A stretch of 64,000 bases of DNA from Azolla caroliniana. Its lineage: Eukaryota; Plantae; Polypodiophyta. Under the pieces are notes generated by a model, which was not told the DNA's origin, did no database searches, and was given only the letters and a program-made list of their open reading frames with translations. This document shows positions 13,536 through 24,860 of this stretch, piece after piece. The DNA lies in assembly GCA_043228905.1 (NCBI GenBank), contig JBHGNT010000006.1, forward strand, positions 1,984,001 through 2,048,000. The letters are read 5' to 3'. A program made the position numbers and the translations under genes. Position 1 is the stretch's first letter. Each line of letters starts with the position of its first letter.

Positions 13536-15650
13536 ATTTCACACTTTTGTACATTTGATGTGGTTGTAATGTCAAACTTGTGGACAAAAGAAGAGAATGA
13601 GTATTTTACTTGAGATGGAAGAATCGATCATGTTCCCCACACATTCCTAATTCCGATCATCATCTTACTTTACTAGTTCACTTAGGGATTGCCATTTGAA
13701 CATGTGTTTTTGAGTTCCATTATCACCTAGAACCAAGATGTTAAGTTGGTACTCTCAAGGTAAGGAGAATACAAATACATGACTTACATTTATTTTGTAT
13801 GCATACATGTTGGATAAACTTATAAACACTATGTTGTGCATTGCACACTATAGATTTATGCATTAAATGGTGTGTTTGATCAAATATATGTGATCGTATA
13901 GGAATGTCTTATTTGAGTTATGATCCTATAGGAATGTTCTTATTCGAGTTATGCATGCAGGAATGGATGTGCTATTTGATGCTTTGGAAGTTTCTCCACA
14001 AATTTTGAAAGTGCCCAAGTTTTCATTGAAGATATCCATATATTTTAAGGAACCACTCCTTGTTTATATCAGGATCATGTGTAAAACACAAAAAGTTAGG
14101 ATGTTTTATTTACGCCAAAGAAGTATAGATAAATCCCATGACTTTTTAGTCAGCCTTGAACACATGCAATATCGAGGGTATATAAGTATATATAAACTCA
14201 AACACCTGTACGCCTAGCTAACATGTTTATGTATTTATCAAGTTCAAGAAGTGTATACGAATGGTATTATGGCTTATTTAAAAGTCATGAACATTATCTA
14301 TACTTATTTGGTTTCATCAACTTTTATGTTTTCAATTGGGCAATCCCCTCCGAATGCCTATCTTTCGTGTGTGAAGCACATGCACAATGTGGATTTAAGA
14401 ACTGTCTCTCTTATGAACCGATACACTTTACACACATATCTACGATTATTGTATATCCTCCCCTTCCCCCTCCACACATACACACAAAAGAAAAAACGAG
14501 ATCACTTAACATAAGTGATGAACTAACAAAAAACATTGTCCATGTTTGAAAACAATGTTATGAGTACCAGAAGCATGCTCCGAGAAAGTGCAAAGAAGTA
14601 GATATTTAGATTGTTAATGTGCAGCTACGTAGAAACAAAAGTAATACTAACTATATTTTCTTATACAAAGGCACACCCGCACATGTTTCTATTGGTCATA
14701 TGACATTTCATCTTGTTAATTCGAAATGGATCCAAACACACACAATCACACCCCAAAAAAGAAAACTAAACTTAATAGGATCATTTTGCAAGAATCTAAT
14801 GTTTGTAAAACGAGTCATTGAAATCAATTCATAAAACTAAATTAAAAACAAGTTTGTATCTTAGACAGTATCCATCATATGAAGTCCTTTTTTGCGCCAC
14901 TTTCACCCACATCACATGGTGGATGTGTAAAGGTTAAACATTACATGAGCCTCCTCTAATGCGTTACAATAAGTTAAACAACCTCGTTGGTGAATTCGGT
15001 ATTAAAATAAGCTGGTTAATGCAGGATATAATGCTTGAAAGGTGTCTGTCTATGTTACATCCAAGGTTGTGAGATTAACAATATGAAGATAGTATGTCAT
15101 GGTGTTTCGGATTCTTAACAAGACAATAAATTTTAATGGCAACCATATTCTGAAGAATTATGGAACATCATCGCGTAATCGGGGGATTAAATTGGGCCAT
15201 AACCATTAGTTGACACATACAAAACTACAAATTCCAAACGTATTAGAGCTTGAGACATCGTGGGACTCATGGAATGTCATAAATTTGGAGCTCACTTCCC
15301 TAATGATCATCATATGTCAACCACATGATGAAGAAACACAAGGAAATTCATTACTCTCGCGATCCTTACTTAGTATTTAGGCTCCATTTTTTCATTCGCG
15401 GGGCATGGAAGTGTGAAAAAGAAGACACTAGAGAACTTGAGGTATATAGTCATGAGAATATGGTGACACAGAACAATTTATAATACATTGGACAAATGTA
15501 TGGGAAGTTATGGATAACAATGACAAGATAAAAACAAAATATTTAAGGAACTAATGAATGAATGATGGATGTGGATTAAGATCCCATTGGCTTGATCAGG
15601 AGAGGTTAATCCAGATGGATGGATGACTTCTGGCCTAATGTCCCATGTAA

Positions 15651-15749
15651 GGTCAAGTTGATTGCTCAGGTGGGGAGAGGTCAAGGTCAAGGTCAAGGCT
15701 GGAGGTCAAGAATGAAGGTCAAGCTCCAGGTCAAGGGCCTTAAGGTCAA
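15651..15749 (-). promoter_or_regulatory. Cluster of 8 W-box hexamers (TTGACC on minus strand)
   Basis: GGTCAA on plus at 15651, 15679, 15685, 15691, 15704, 15717, 15729, 15744. Function is inferred only. Confidence 0.45.
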
Positions 15750-15754
15750 TTTGC

Positions 15755-16400
15755 ATCCATGCTATGTAGCTAATGGGATTATGATCCATGGGGTGATTTA
15801 TAGATTGTAGCATTGTGATGGTATTGGAAGGAAGTTATGATCCTTGGGAAAGCTATTTTAAATGGGAAATCAGTCAGAAGATATTGATTTAATCATAGTG
15901 GTGATTAGGAGGATGGTAACTATCCATGAGAAATCATTCAGAAGATCTATTTGGCTAATCATAATGTGATTAGATGCTGGAAGTTAAGTGTCCATGGGAA
16001 ATCTATGGTAAAGAATTTCGGCAGATCAAGACAATTGATTATCGCCATGGCTTAATTTCATTCTGGGATGGGCAATTCTGAGATTAATTAAGGAAGACCC
16101 AGCTCTTAACTGCTGAAAGCCTGCAGAAAATTATCCATGGGAAAGCTGTGGGGAATTATGTCAGAAGATACTAACTGGCCCCGGCATGGTATGTATGTAA
16201 TTAAGGAAGATTTGACAGGCTCCAAGGCCTCCAGGAGATTATCCATGGCAAAGTTATTGGAAATTTTCTGAAGAAGATATTACGCCCTTCCAATGTATAG
16301 CTCTGGGTATGGGGAATGTTCACGGAAGAAGCTCCATTAAGGTCGAGGAAATTATCCATCCCAAAGTTATTCAGAAGACAGTCATTACTTCCATGGCATA
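15755..16400. repeat. Degenerate repeat (TTATCCATGGGAAA ... TCAGAAGATA) 3' of the VQ stop codon
   Basis: CCATGG-type cores near 15783, 15839, 15921, 15990, 16131, 16239, 16352; CAGAAGA near 15874, 15938, 16161, 16271, 16371. Confidence 0.6.
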
Positions 16401-16455
16401 CTCATGAGAAATATGTGTGGATCGATGGGTAGTTAACAATCAGTTCTGCTAGCGA

Positions 16456-17754
16456 TTAATATAGAGGGATCAGATCGACAAGGTTATGATTATAGTAATC
16501 ATGAGTGTTATAGAGGTTATCCTCAATCAGTGCAGAATCGTGGTAGTACGAATCCACCGAGAATGGCTCTGAATCGAACTGGAAATTGGCCGCAGAAGTT
16601 GCCGTCCATTCGAATTCCCCCGAATAACCAACAGAATCATCACAGGCGGAAGAAGATTCGAGGGCATGATCGCTCGTGGTGGAATCATAAAATTCCAGGA
16701 TTAATTGGTCACCCAATCCCCACTGATTACGGTCCGTGATTAATCGGTGGTCATTAGAAGCCGTTGGTCCTTGCCATTTGGTCAGTGGATTCCCGTCAGA
16801 AATCTGAACAGGGGAAATGGGGGGATGATTCGGGGCGATAAATCCTTGATTAAGGAATAGATTATTCTGATGGCCGGCCTGTTTCGGAGCCAGAGTGTGG
16901 GTATCAATCTGAAAATGAGCAGATTCGGAGTTCTGAGTGGGATTGGGGATTGGATGAATCTGAGGGGGGGGAGAAGGAGGAACGGGCAGGACGAATCCTA
17001 CATCATGATTCACATCGGGGCCATGGATCGGGGGATTCTGGTCGGTACGGCGGCGGCAGCTTTCATGGTGAGGGGTAGGATCAGCTTTCATGATGAGGCG
17101 CCCATCCTCGATTTCATCTGATTCTGCGGAAGCTTTCATCTGATTCTGCGGCAGCTTCTCGATCTGATTATGGTGATGGTGATGGTGATGGTGATGGTGA
17201 TGGTGATGATGGGAGGCATGTTGATGAACCGCCGCCGTGAAATCTCCATGGCCGTGAAGGATGTTGAGGTGAGGCGATGGCGGAGCGGGGGTGCGGCCGG
17301 TGAGGAGCTGGACAGTGCGCATGAAGTCGGAGAGGGGGACCTGCAGAATCTCAGGCTCGCAGGTGTGGATGATTCGGGGCGGTTTTGCAGGGCGGCAGGG
17401 GCCGAATCTGCTGCCTTCAGGCGGAGCAGGAGCAGGATCAGCAGAGAAGGAAGACGAAGACGAAGATGAAGATGAAGATGAAGATGAAGATGAAGCAGGG
17501 GAATCAGGGGAGGAACCATGGCCAATTGGCGAGGAAGACATGTCAGGCATCTTGGTGATTAGGTCTCGAGGATCCATCTTCTTGTGGCTGTGCAAGCACC
17601 TTCCAGACTGTGATCTTCTTCCTCCGAGTCTGCCTGATGTTTTGCTTTTCTTCAGCTTCATGGTCGTCGTCACGGCGCAGCCAAGCTTTCCATGGAAGCT
17701 GTGCAGCCTCTGGTCGTGGCACGGCACTGCGCCTGCCATTGTAACTAACCCCAA
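16456..17754 (-). CDS. VQ-motif protein (intronless; first ATG at 17739, ORF track starts at TTG 17754)
   Basis: RIIHTCEPEILQVPLSDFMRTVQLLTG matches FxxxVQxLTG plus the upstream RIIH..PEI strand of VQ proteins. Poly-Ser and poly-His tracts. Confidence 0.88.
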   Translation of the reverse strand: MGLVTMAGAVPCHDQRLHSFHGKLGCAVTTTMKLKKSKTSGRLGGRRSQSGRCLHSHKKMDPRDLITKMPDMSSSPIGHGSSPDSPASSSSSSSSSSSSSSSFSADPAPAPPEGSRFGPCRPAKPPRIIHTCEPEILQVPLSDFMRTVQLLTGRTPAPPSPHLNILHGHGDFTAAVHQHASHHHHHHHHHHHHHHNQIEKLPQNQMKASAESDEIEDGRLIMKADPTPHHESCRRRTDQNPPIHGPDVNHDVGFVLPVPPSPPPQIHPIPNPTQNSESAHFQIDTHTLAPKQAGHQNNLFLNQGFIAPNHPPISPVQISDGNPLTKWQGPTASNDHRLITDRNQWGLGDQLILEFYDSTTSDHALESSSACDDSVGYSGEFEWTATSAANFQFDSEPFSVDSYYHDSALIEDNLYNTHDYYNHNLVDLIPLY

Positions 17755-17759
17755 AAGGA

Positions 17760-17866
17760 GAAGAGAGAGAGATCAGAGACAGAGACAGAGACAGAGACAA
17801 AGGAGCAGAGCAGAGCAGAGAGCAGAAACAGAGGCTTAATTAGCAGCTAGCAGGACAGAAGGAAAG

Positions 17867-17901
<35 letters not shown>

Positions 17902-18090
17902 AAAAGATAGAGAGAGAGGTCTGAAGTCCACACTTATATACATGGCCATGGCCATGGCCCATGGCCCATGGAGACATATATGTATGTTACGTGTACATAC
18001 ATTCATGCATGCATGCATGGGTATGGGCATGGGCATCTATGAGCATGTACGTATGTATGTATGCATGCAATACATATACATATGAATGTG

Positions 18091-18132
<42 letters not shown>

Positions 18133-18285
18133 TTTCAATGTTTTCTTATTGTATTGTAATACATATACATATGTGTATGTATTCGTCAATTTATTGAGTA
18201 GTAGACTGTAGGAGTAGGAGTCCCAATTCTCACTATGCTCACTACTAGGCCGTTTCTTTTGGATTGTGTGTGTGTGTGTGTGTGT
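17760..18285. repeat. Microsatellite-rich promoter/5'UTR of the VQ gene: (GACAGA)n, (GCAGA)n, three (TG)n tracts, (CATGGC)n, (CATG)n RY-like repeat
   Basis: (TG)n at 17869-17899, 18093-18130, 18265-18285; CATGCATGCATGCATG near 18004; TATATAA on minus near 17935-17940. Confidence 0.85.
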
Positions 18286-18651
18286 CAACTTGTATTTTTT
18301 TTGTACCTTTACTTTTTTGTCCGCTAGTCTCTTGGTACAAACGTGGGTTATATCACTTATAAGTTATATGTATATGTATATCATATATGTATACAGTATA
18401 TGTATAGAATGAACCATACGTTCATTCGCATCCGGGAATGTTTCAATCATTCGAGTATGGTAAACACCCTCGAACGTATGGTAAATACCATACTTTTGTA
18501 TTCATGATTTATTACAAGGTAATGTTTTTTTTTAAAGGTAAGAAAGTTAAGGTAAAAAGTGTAATAATAATAAGAAACATAAGAATGTTTGATAACATAC
18601 GCATTGTATGCATTCGTATGAAAAAGAATGTAACTATGTGTATATGTATAT

Positions 18652-18702
18652 GTATTATGTATTATGTATTATGTATTATGTATTATGTATTATGTATTAT
18701 GT
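18652..18702. repeat. (TATTATG)n heptamer repeat
   Basis: About 7 copies visible. Confidence 0.9.
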
Positions 18703-21700
18703 ATATATCGTCGGGTTTCAATCCACCGCCCATTCCACTCCCCAACATGACAAAGGATTGTGCACTTTGCTTTTGCTTTCGATTGCTAGCTCCTCTTCTC
18801 ATACTCTCTCACGTACCTACGTTATCGCATTGCCATAAAACATCGTGTGTCTTATGGATAGATGGACTGTATACATCATCATGTCTTTTAGCATGGTTGT
18901 AACTTGTGAGATTTCAATGTGCGTATGTGTAGCATTCCTAAAACATCGGGCGTCTTTGTGTGTAGCATCACTAACACCATTGTCTTGTGTCTGCAAGAGG
19001 ATATTTGGTCAACTTGCATCTTATCCTTATTGCCTTTTTGTGAATGTCCTCCTCACCACACTCTCGTGTTTACATACTTATGTCACACCCATGGGTAGTG
19101 ACGAGCACATTCATCATCCCTCCCTTTGTTTTATTACTTTTAGTATCCTTGAATGTGCCAATAAGTTGTTCACCGTGTTTATACCTCATGTTTGAGGTTT
19201 CTCAATTGTATGGGGTATTACTATTGGAGGGGAAAGTGTGTGTTTGTAGTGTAGCAAGGCTAAAAGAGAGTGTTTGGGTTGTTCGGGAGATACGCGTAAC
19301 ATGTTTTCTTGTCTTTTATCTCACTTCACGAACCAATTCATAGAATACCACTAAGCATGCCCTTTTTCCTTCTTGTATCTAATATTATGTCCATTGATTA
19401 CATCACTAGTGCCGATTCCTTTTTATTATGTGTAAACAATTTGTTTTCCATTATTTACTCATTCAATGCAACTTACTCATCCAAATTGAAGGACCACTAG
19501 AAGGTGCTTTTGACGTACACACACATACCATTTGCAGCATCCTTCTCTAAAGTAAAATTTTCACCATTACACTTTATTCACAATATGTCTTGCTTTACTC
19601 ACTTAAATCTACTTGGAATCACTAGGCTTGTACACGAATCCTAGGGAATTCAACAATCTCTCAAATATTTACTCGTTGAGCTTATCATCCATTTGTAGGC
19701 CAACTTTTATTGTAATAAATTTTGTCTTGACTCTCAACAGACATTGACAAAGAAGTAGAGAGAGTTACATTTTGACAAAGAAGTAGAGAGAGTTACAATG
19801 CAGCTTAATGAGGAACAACTCATAAAAGTCATAAGAGCAAACATAAATGGCCCCATGAAAGAAATAAAAAACATATTTGCAATTTAAGCACTTTATCCCA
19901 CACTTTCAGGTTGACATTATTGTTTGATGATTATGGGTCCTAGATTCCATATGCTAGAAACTCATTACAAAGTCGAAGTTGAGACACTCTTCTACCCATG
20001 GGACAATACCCACATATTACATTGTGGATGATGGTCAAAAAAGAATATGTTACAAAGTTGAATTTTGGAGGCTCATCTTTAACCCTGGAACAACACCTAA
20101 ATGATTGTGGAAAACTACGATGTCGAAATCGACCTAAAGGACATTATATTAAAGGTGAGGTAGTTGACCGCTACGAACAACACATTAATATTATGTGGCA
20201 CCTACAACATGGGTGCTAAACGAAGGCCACCTCCTACCAAATAGTCTCCCTCTTCATTATTCGGCTACTTTCTTTGCACCTCGACAATCCACCAACCACA
20301 AAACAACGGGTCCACGTCGTTGTTTGACTTCTTCACTTTGTTTGATCCTAAATATCATGTAATCTCCAAACTCTTGAAACAAAATTTGACCCTTGTCAAT
20401 AGGCGTGTTAGTTACATCACATATCAATCTTCTTGACCCTTCAATATGCATTGCATTAGTTGCTACTAAAGGTCTCTACATGTACTGCAATGTTGACTTC
20501 AATCCATTCCCAGATGCACCAACTTGCAAGTGGTCCAATGCTACATACATAACCCCCTCATATATTCAAGCCAAGAAATACTTGAAATATCACAAACTCC
20601 TCACACTCGCGCCAATTATTCTACCTCAAAATGTAACATCTTTGGTTCTATCCGCATGAAGAGCACAACAAACCAGCTCCACAAACATACATTCATGATC
20701 ATAACTTCATACCTCTTTCCCTCTAAACAAATGTATTGTATGCATTTAATCCAAATCTTCTTGCAATTGACAAACTTGCATCACCCAGATTATGCATGAT
20801 AAAGAGTCTCTAATGTTGCAGAGAAATATTAGGACTCGAGAAATGAAAACCACCCAACTATTGTGCATTAAATTAAGCCCATGATCAACACAAGCGAAGA
20901 ACTTGCAAGAAAAAAGTGGAAGGACAAACAAGTCCATCTTTTCCGGTAACTATATTCTGGTCAGGCAAGTGTTAAGAAGTGAGTGAAGTTTTGGATTTTC
21001 CTCATCCAATTCATCCAATTCTATGCTTCTTAACATCCGTCAACGAAAAATTTTGCTACATTGTTCTACTCCTTCAATGAAGAATGTATTCTAAAATGAT
21101 TTGAAAACCTTGTGTGATTATAATGACTGGAATTATAGTGTTAATAATGGTGTTCATGTTCGATTTTATACAACTTGAAACAAGAATGTTTTGCTTGAAC
21201 ACACAACATAGGTGTAAAGTTATCATATGGAACCATGTGGTATCACATTCATTAAGTAGCAATGTGGTTATTATTTGAATCACACATTCCAATATGATCA
21301 TGTTCTGATTTGCATGTGAAAACTAGTTTATAATGCAAATTAAATATAAGATTTAAGTGAACAATGACTTGATCCTAGTTTATTTTTAAATACATTGATA
21401 GATGACGCCTTCTTTATTGGTGATTAAACATATATCTTGAAGGTAGGTGACCTCATAGCAAACTCAACACTTTAAAAGATAGGCTGTCGAAAAAAACGTG
21501 CATAAGCTAAAATATTTTTGTGTAGTGTGTTACATGAATATACCTCAGGGAATAGACAAAAGGGATCATTTCTAAGTTTGTGATTTTTTATTATGAATCC
21601 TTCTATCTAATTTTGAGGAGAACTCGCAAGTGAAATAATACCAACGATCGCAATTTGATTACATAATTACATAAAAGCAATGATTTTTAATAAGCCATAT

Positions 21701-22399
21701 ATGGTGCCCGTCCACATCACTATGGTTTGATGGTCAATAAAGAGTATGATAAGGCGATATATGGAAGTTGGTACCACAAAACTTATAAATGGATATTTTT
21801 GTGCATATCATGTAAGGTTAAAGGGGTAGTGTCTAGGTTTTTTGCTGCTAAGATTGTTTTTATAAGCATCAATATGTACATGTGGCCCTACAATGGTCTT
21901 GACACATATTACAAACAAATTTCAACTGAAGAATACATGTGACAAGAGCTTGGGTATTCCATGTAGACATATATGTACATGCACACCTAGTGGTATGTGA
22001 AGGAGCACAGGCATGGGCTGAATGTGGTTTGAAAGGATGTCGTTGGGATATATAATAACCTTGTAATATGAACATATCATAATTCCGTGGATTGGCTAAA
22101 TGATAGGAACACTATTTTTTAACAAAAGGTCCTTATATAATAACTCCATCCAACGATTTAACTTATTAAAACATATGAAAATACGACGGAAGTTGCTAGA
22201 GAGGAAGTTACGACAGATTTGATTCCATTTGATTTATGAGTATGCTAAAATAATAGTTCCAATGTGTACTCAACCAATGGATAATGGGATAGTGTTTCAA
22301 ATTATAGTTTTGAAATTCTTAAGAATGTTGGCTATACAACTATTTGTTACTAATTATGGATCCCACAAACCCCTTTTTGTTGGAAAAAATGACATGATT

Positions 22400-23260
22400 T
22401 CACAATAGGAGCATTTTTTTTCTTCACGATAGGAGCATATTACCACGAGACGTGAGACAAGATGTCAACGTATGAGCATCAACAAATTGCTATTATTCAT
22501 AGTCATAAACAATGGTGCCCTTGTTTATATGTTGTTGTGCTTGAAGTTTTGTTTGACCATGCAATTCTTTAGGCCAAAAAGGTCAATGGGTAGAAATCAT
22601 TCACAAGTTCCTTTTTATGTTACATACTCAAGAAGGCAATATATAACATCATGGAAGGTGCCTTGGTTGTATATGATTACGATCCACACTTGGTCATTTA
22701 CTCTTGTGATAAGCAATTGGATTATACAAGGAAAATTCTCTTGGCGTTAACGTATTCAATTTATATCATAAACATAGTTGGATGTTGTGCTTCATATTAT
22801 ACAACATCTCAAGATCCATATAAGATGTATGCTTACAAGAAGCAGAAGACTACAACATTCAAGCGTGGAAATTTGTACCTCGGGGTTTATTAGAGCCATA
22901 GTTGTTGAGGTGTGAGCATGGTATTATGGACCTCTAGCCAATTTCAAGTTATTTGGGTAAGTGGCGCATAAATTGGATGTACCTTTGCATAATAAGGTTC
23001 ATCGTGTTACTTGTTGTTGTTATTCAAATATTAATGTTGTGGGAAATTCCATACACTTCTTGACTCTCAAGAAGTGTATGGTGCAAGTCAATGCATGAGT
23101 TAGACGGCAATGACATTTTAGACACATGCAAAAGAAACACATTGTAAAGTAGCGAGGTGCCATAAAGTTAACCACTACTTTAGATTACAAGAGTCAACTC
23201 ATAAAAACTCTCCCAACTGATAACATAGATAACATTTCAACAAGGAGGAAGTAATGTTCA
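22400..23260 (+). mobile_element. Decayed Ty3/gypsy integrase C-terminal remnant
   Basis: PRGLLEP near 22878, then a frameshifted YGP-x-QVIG-x-VAHKLDVP-like stretch (22924-22985) typical of the gypsy GPY/F region. Confidence 0.35.
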
Positions 23261-24239
23261 AACAACGATAGTCCCACATCACAATCGTATGTGTGCATGA
23301 AATATTAATGTGTAGCTCCATATACAAAACCTCATAATAAAGTTAGGGCATGGGTAGATGAGTGCATGCTGGATGCTTGGAAGGAGAGTCAAAATCTCGT
23401 TGTTGTGGTCTAAGATAGAATGGCATTATAATTTTAGACTCGGGCGGTACGTTTTTATGACCTATATCTTTCTCGTTCTTTAAGAGGCCTTTTGTTTTAA
23501 TGACTTGTTAACTTTTGCATTTCTTTCTTGCTATAAAGTGGAAGAGACACTTTGCAAGTTCACATGTTCAACTTGGGTAACTAGAATATTATATTTTTCC
23601 TATTTTGTGCATTACAAATTTTTTTGTAGTTTTAGAAGTGTTTAGGTCTCCACATTCATGTAATATTATTGTCACTTTACTTTTTGGACAAGTTGAAGAT
23701 TGGAATGGTGATTGATTCGTACATGAAAGTTGTGCTCATTACAACGATTCATTGTTTGCATGTGCAAAATGCACATTTCCAGCATGTGTTGTTTTATTGA
23801 GCAACAATTTCACTCTTGCTGACTATTTACTTCTTTTTGTCTTTACCTTACCCACTTGCACTTATAGGTCGCAACTTATGAAATTGAAGCGAGATGAAAT
23901 GTTTCCTTTTGTTTTCTCTATGTATAGTTTTCAAGTAATATATGTATACTAAGGTGCATGTTTCTTTAAAAAATTTTAAAATTTTAAAAAAACGTATGAA
24001 ATTGAAGACAAATAGTTTGTGTAAGTTGGCATAGACCCCCTTTCACACACTCATTATTTAACTCGTTAGATTTCAAGATCCCAACATATAGGACAATATT
24101 TCTCATATGCTTTTTTATCTTGGTGTAATCTATAATTCTTTCTAGATCTTTATGTTTGGTTGCTATGAAATTTGTTCTTGTTGTTCTTTGAAAGGTGTAA
24201 GGCTTTGACGTACTTCATAATTTTAGGTCACTTTTTAGG

Positions 24240-24860
24240 ATGGGGAGCAAGTGCTCGGAAAGTTGCCAACCCGAAATGTTATATCGTGGAATGCATTAAT
24301 TTCAGGTTATGCACAAGAAGGCCGAGTTTATGAAGCTTTACAAGCTTTGAAACAATGCAAAACGAGGGCATCTCTCCTCATACCATCAACTTTATTTGCA
24401 TCTTCAAAGCAGGTAGCATAGCAAGCGATGTAGAAATGGGCATAAAAATTCATGTAAAGATTGTTTCTAAGTGTTTTCCATTAAAAGATATCGCACTAGT
24501 GGATATGTATGCCAAATGTGGTTTGATTATTAAAGCGGAATATGTACTTGAAGAGCTTCCAGTCCAAGATGTAGTTTCTTGGAATATTATGATCGACGGA
24601 TATGTGCAAAATGAACAAAATAACAAAGCATTGAGAATCTATGAACGAATGCGAAGTGAAGGTCTTGCTCTAGATTCATGATGAGGTCATGAAAAGGAAT
24701 TTGTTGGAGAATAATGTTTTCTTGCCACTGCTTTGGTCCATATGTATGTTACCTATGGTATGCTTGAGAAAGCAAGAAAAGTACTGGAATACCTTCATCT
24801 TCGATATGTGTTTGCTTGATCAACCCTTATAGTTGGCTATGCTCAACAAATCGGCCATGA
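24240..24860 (+). pseudogene. PLS-class PPR pseudogene fragment
   Basis: RNVISWNALISGYAQEG, ALVDMYAKCG, DVVSWNIMIDGYVQ, ATALVHMY; frameshift near 24680 and a stop near 24818. Confidence 0.85.

Noticed and set aside
18413-18482. 11-bp inverted repeat ACCATACGTTC/GAACGTATGGT
   Set aside because: Too short; no TSD or extended pairing.
16530-18902. Overlapping/antisense ORFs around the VQ gene
   Set aside because: Shadows of GC-rich coding sequence and microsatellites.
19746-19798. Short ~25-bp direct duplication TTGACAAAGAAGTAGAGAGAGTTACA
   Set aside because: Ordinary local slippage in decayed intergenic DNA.
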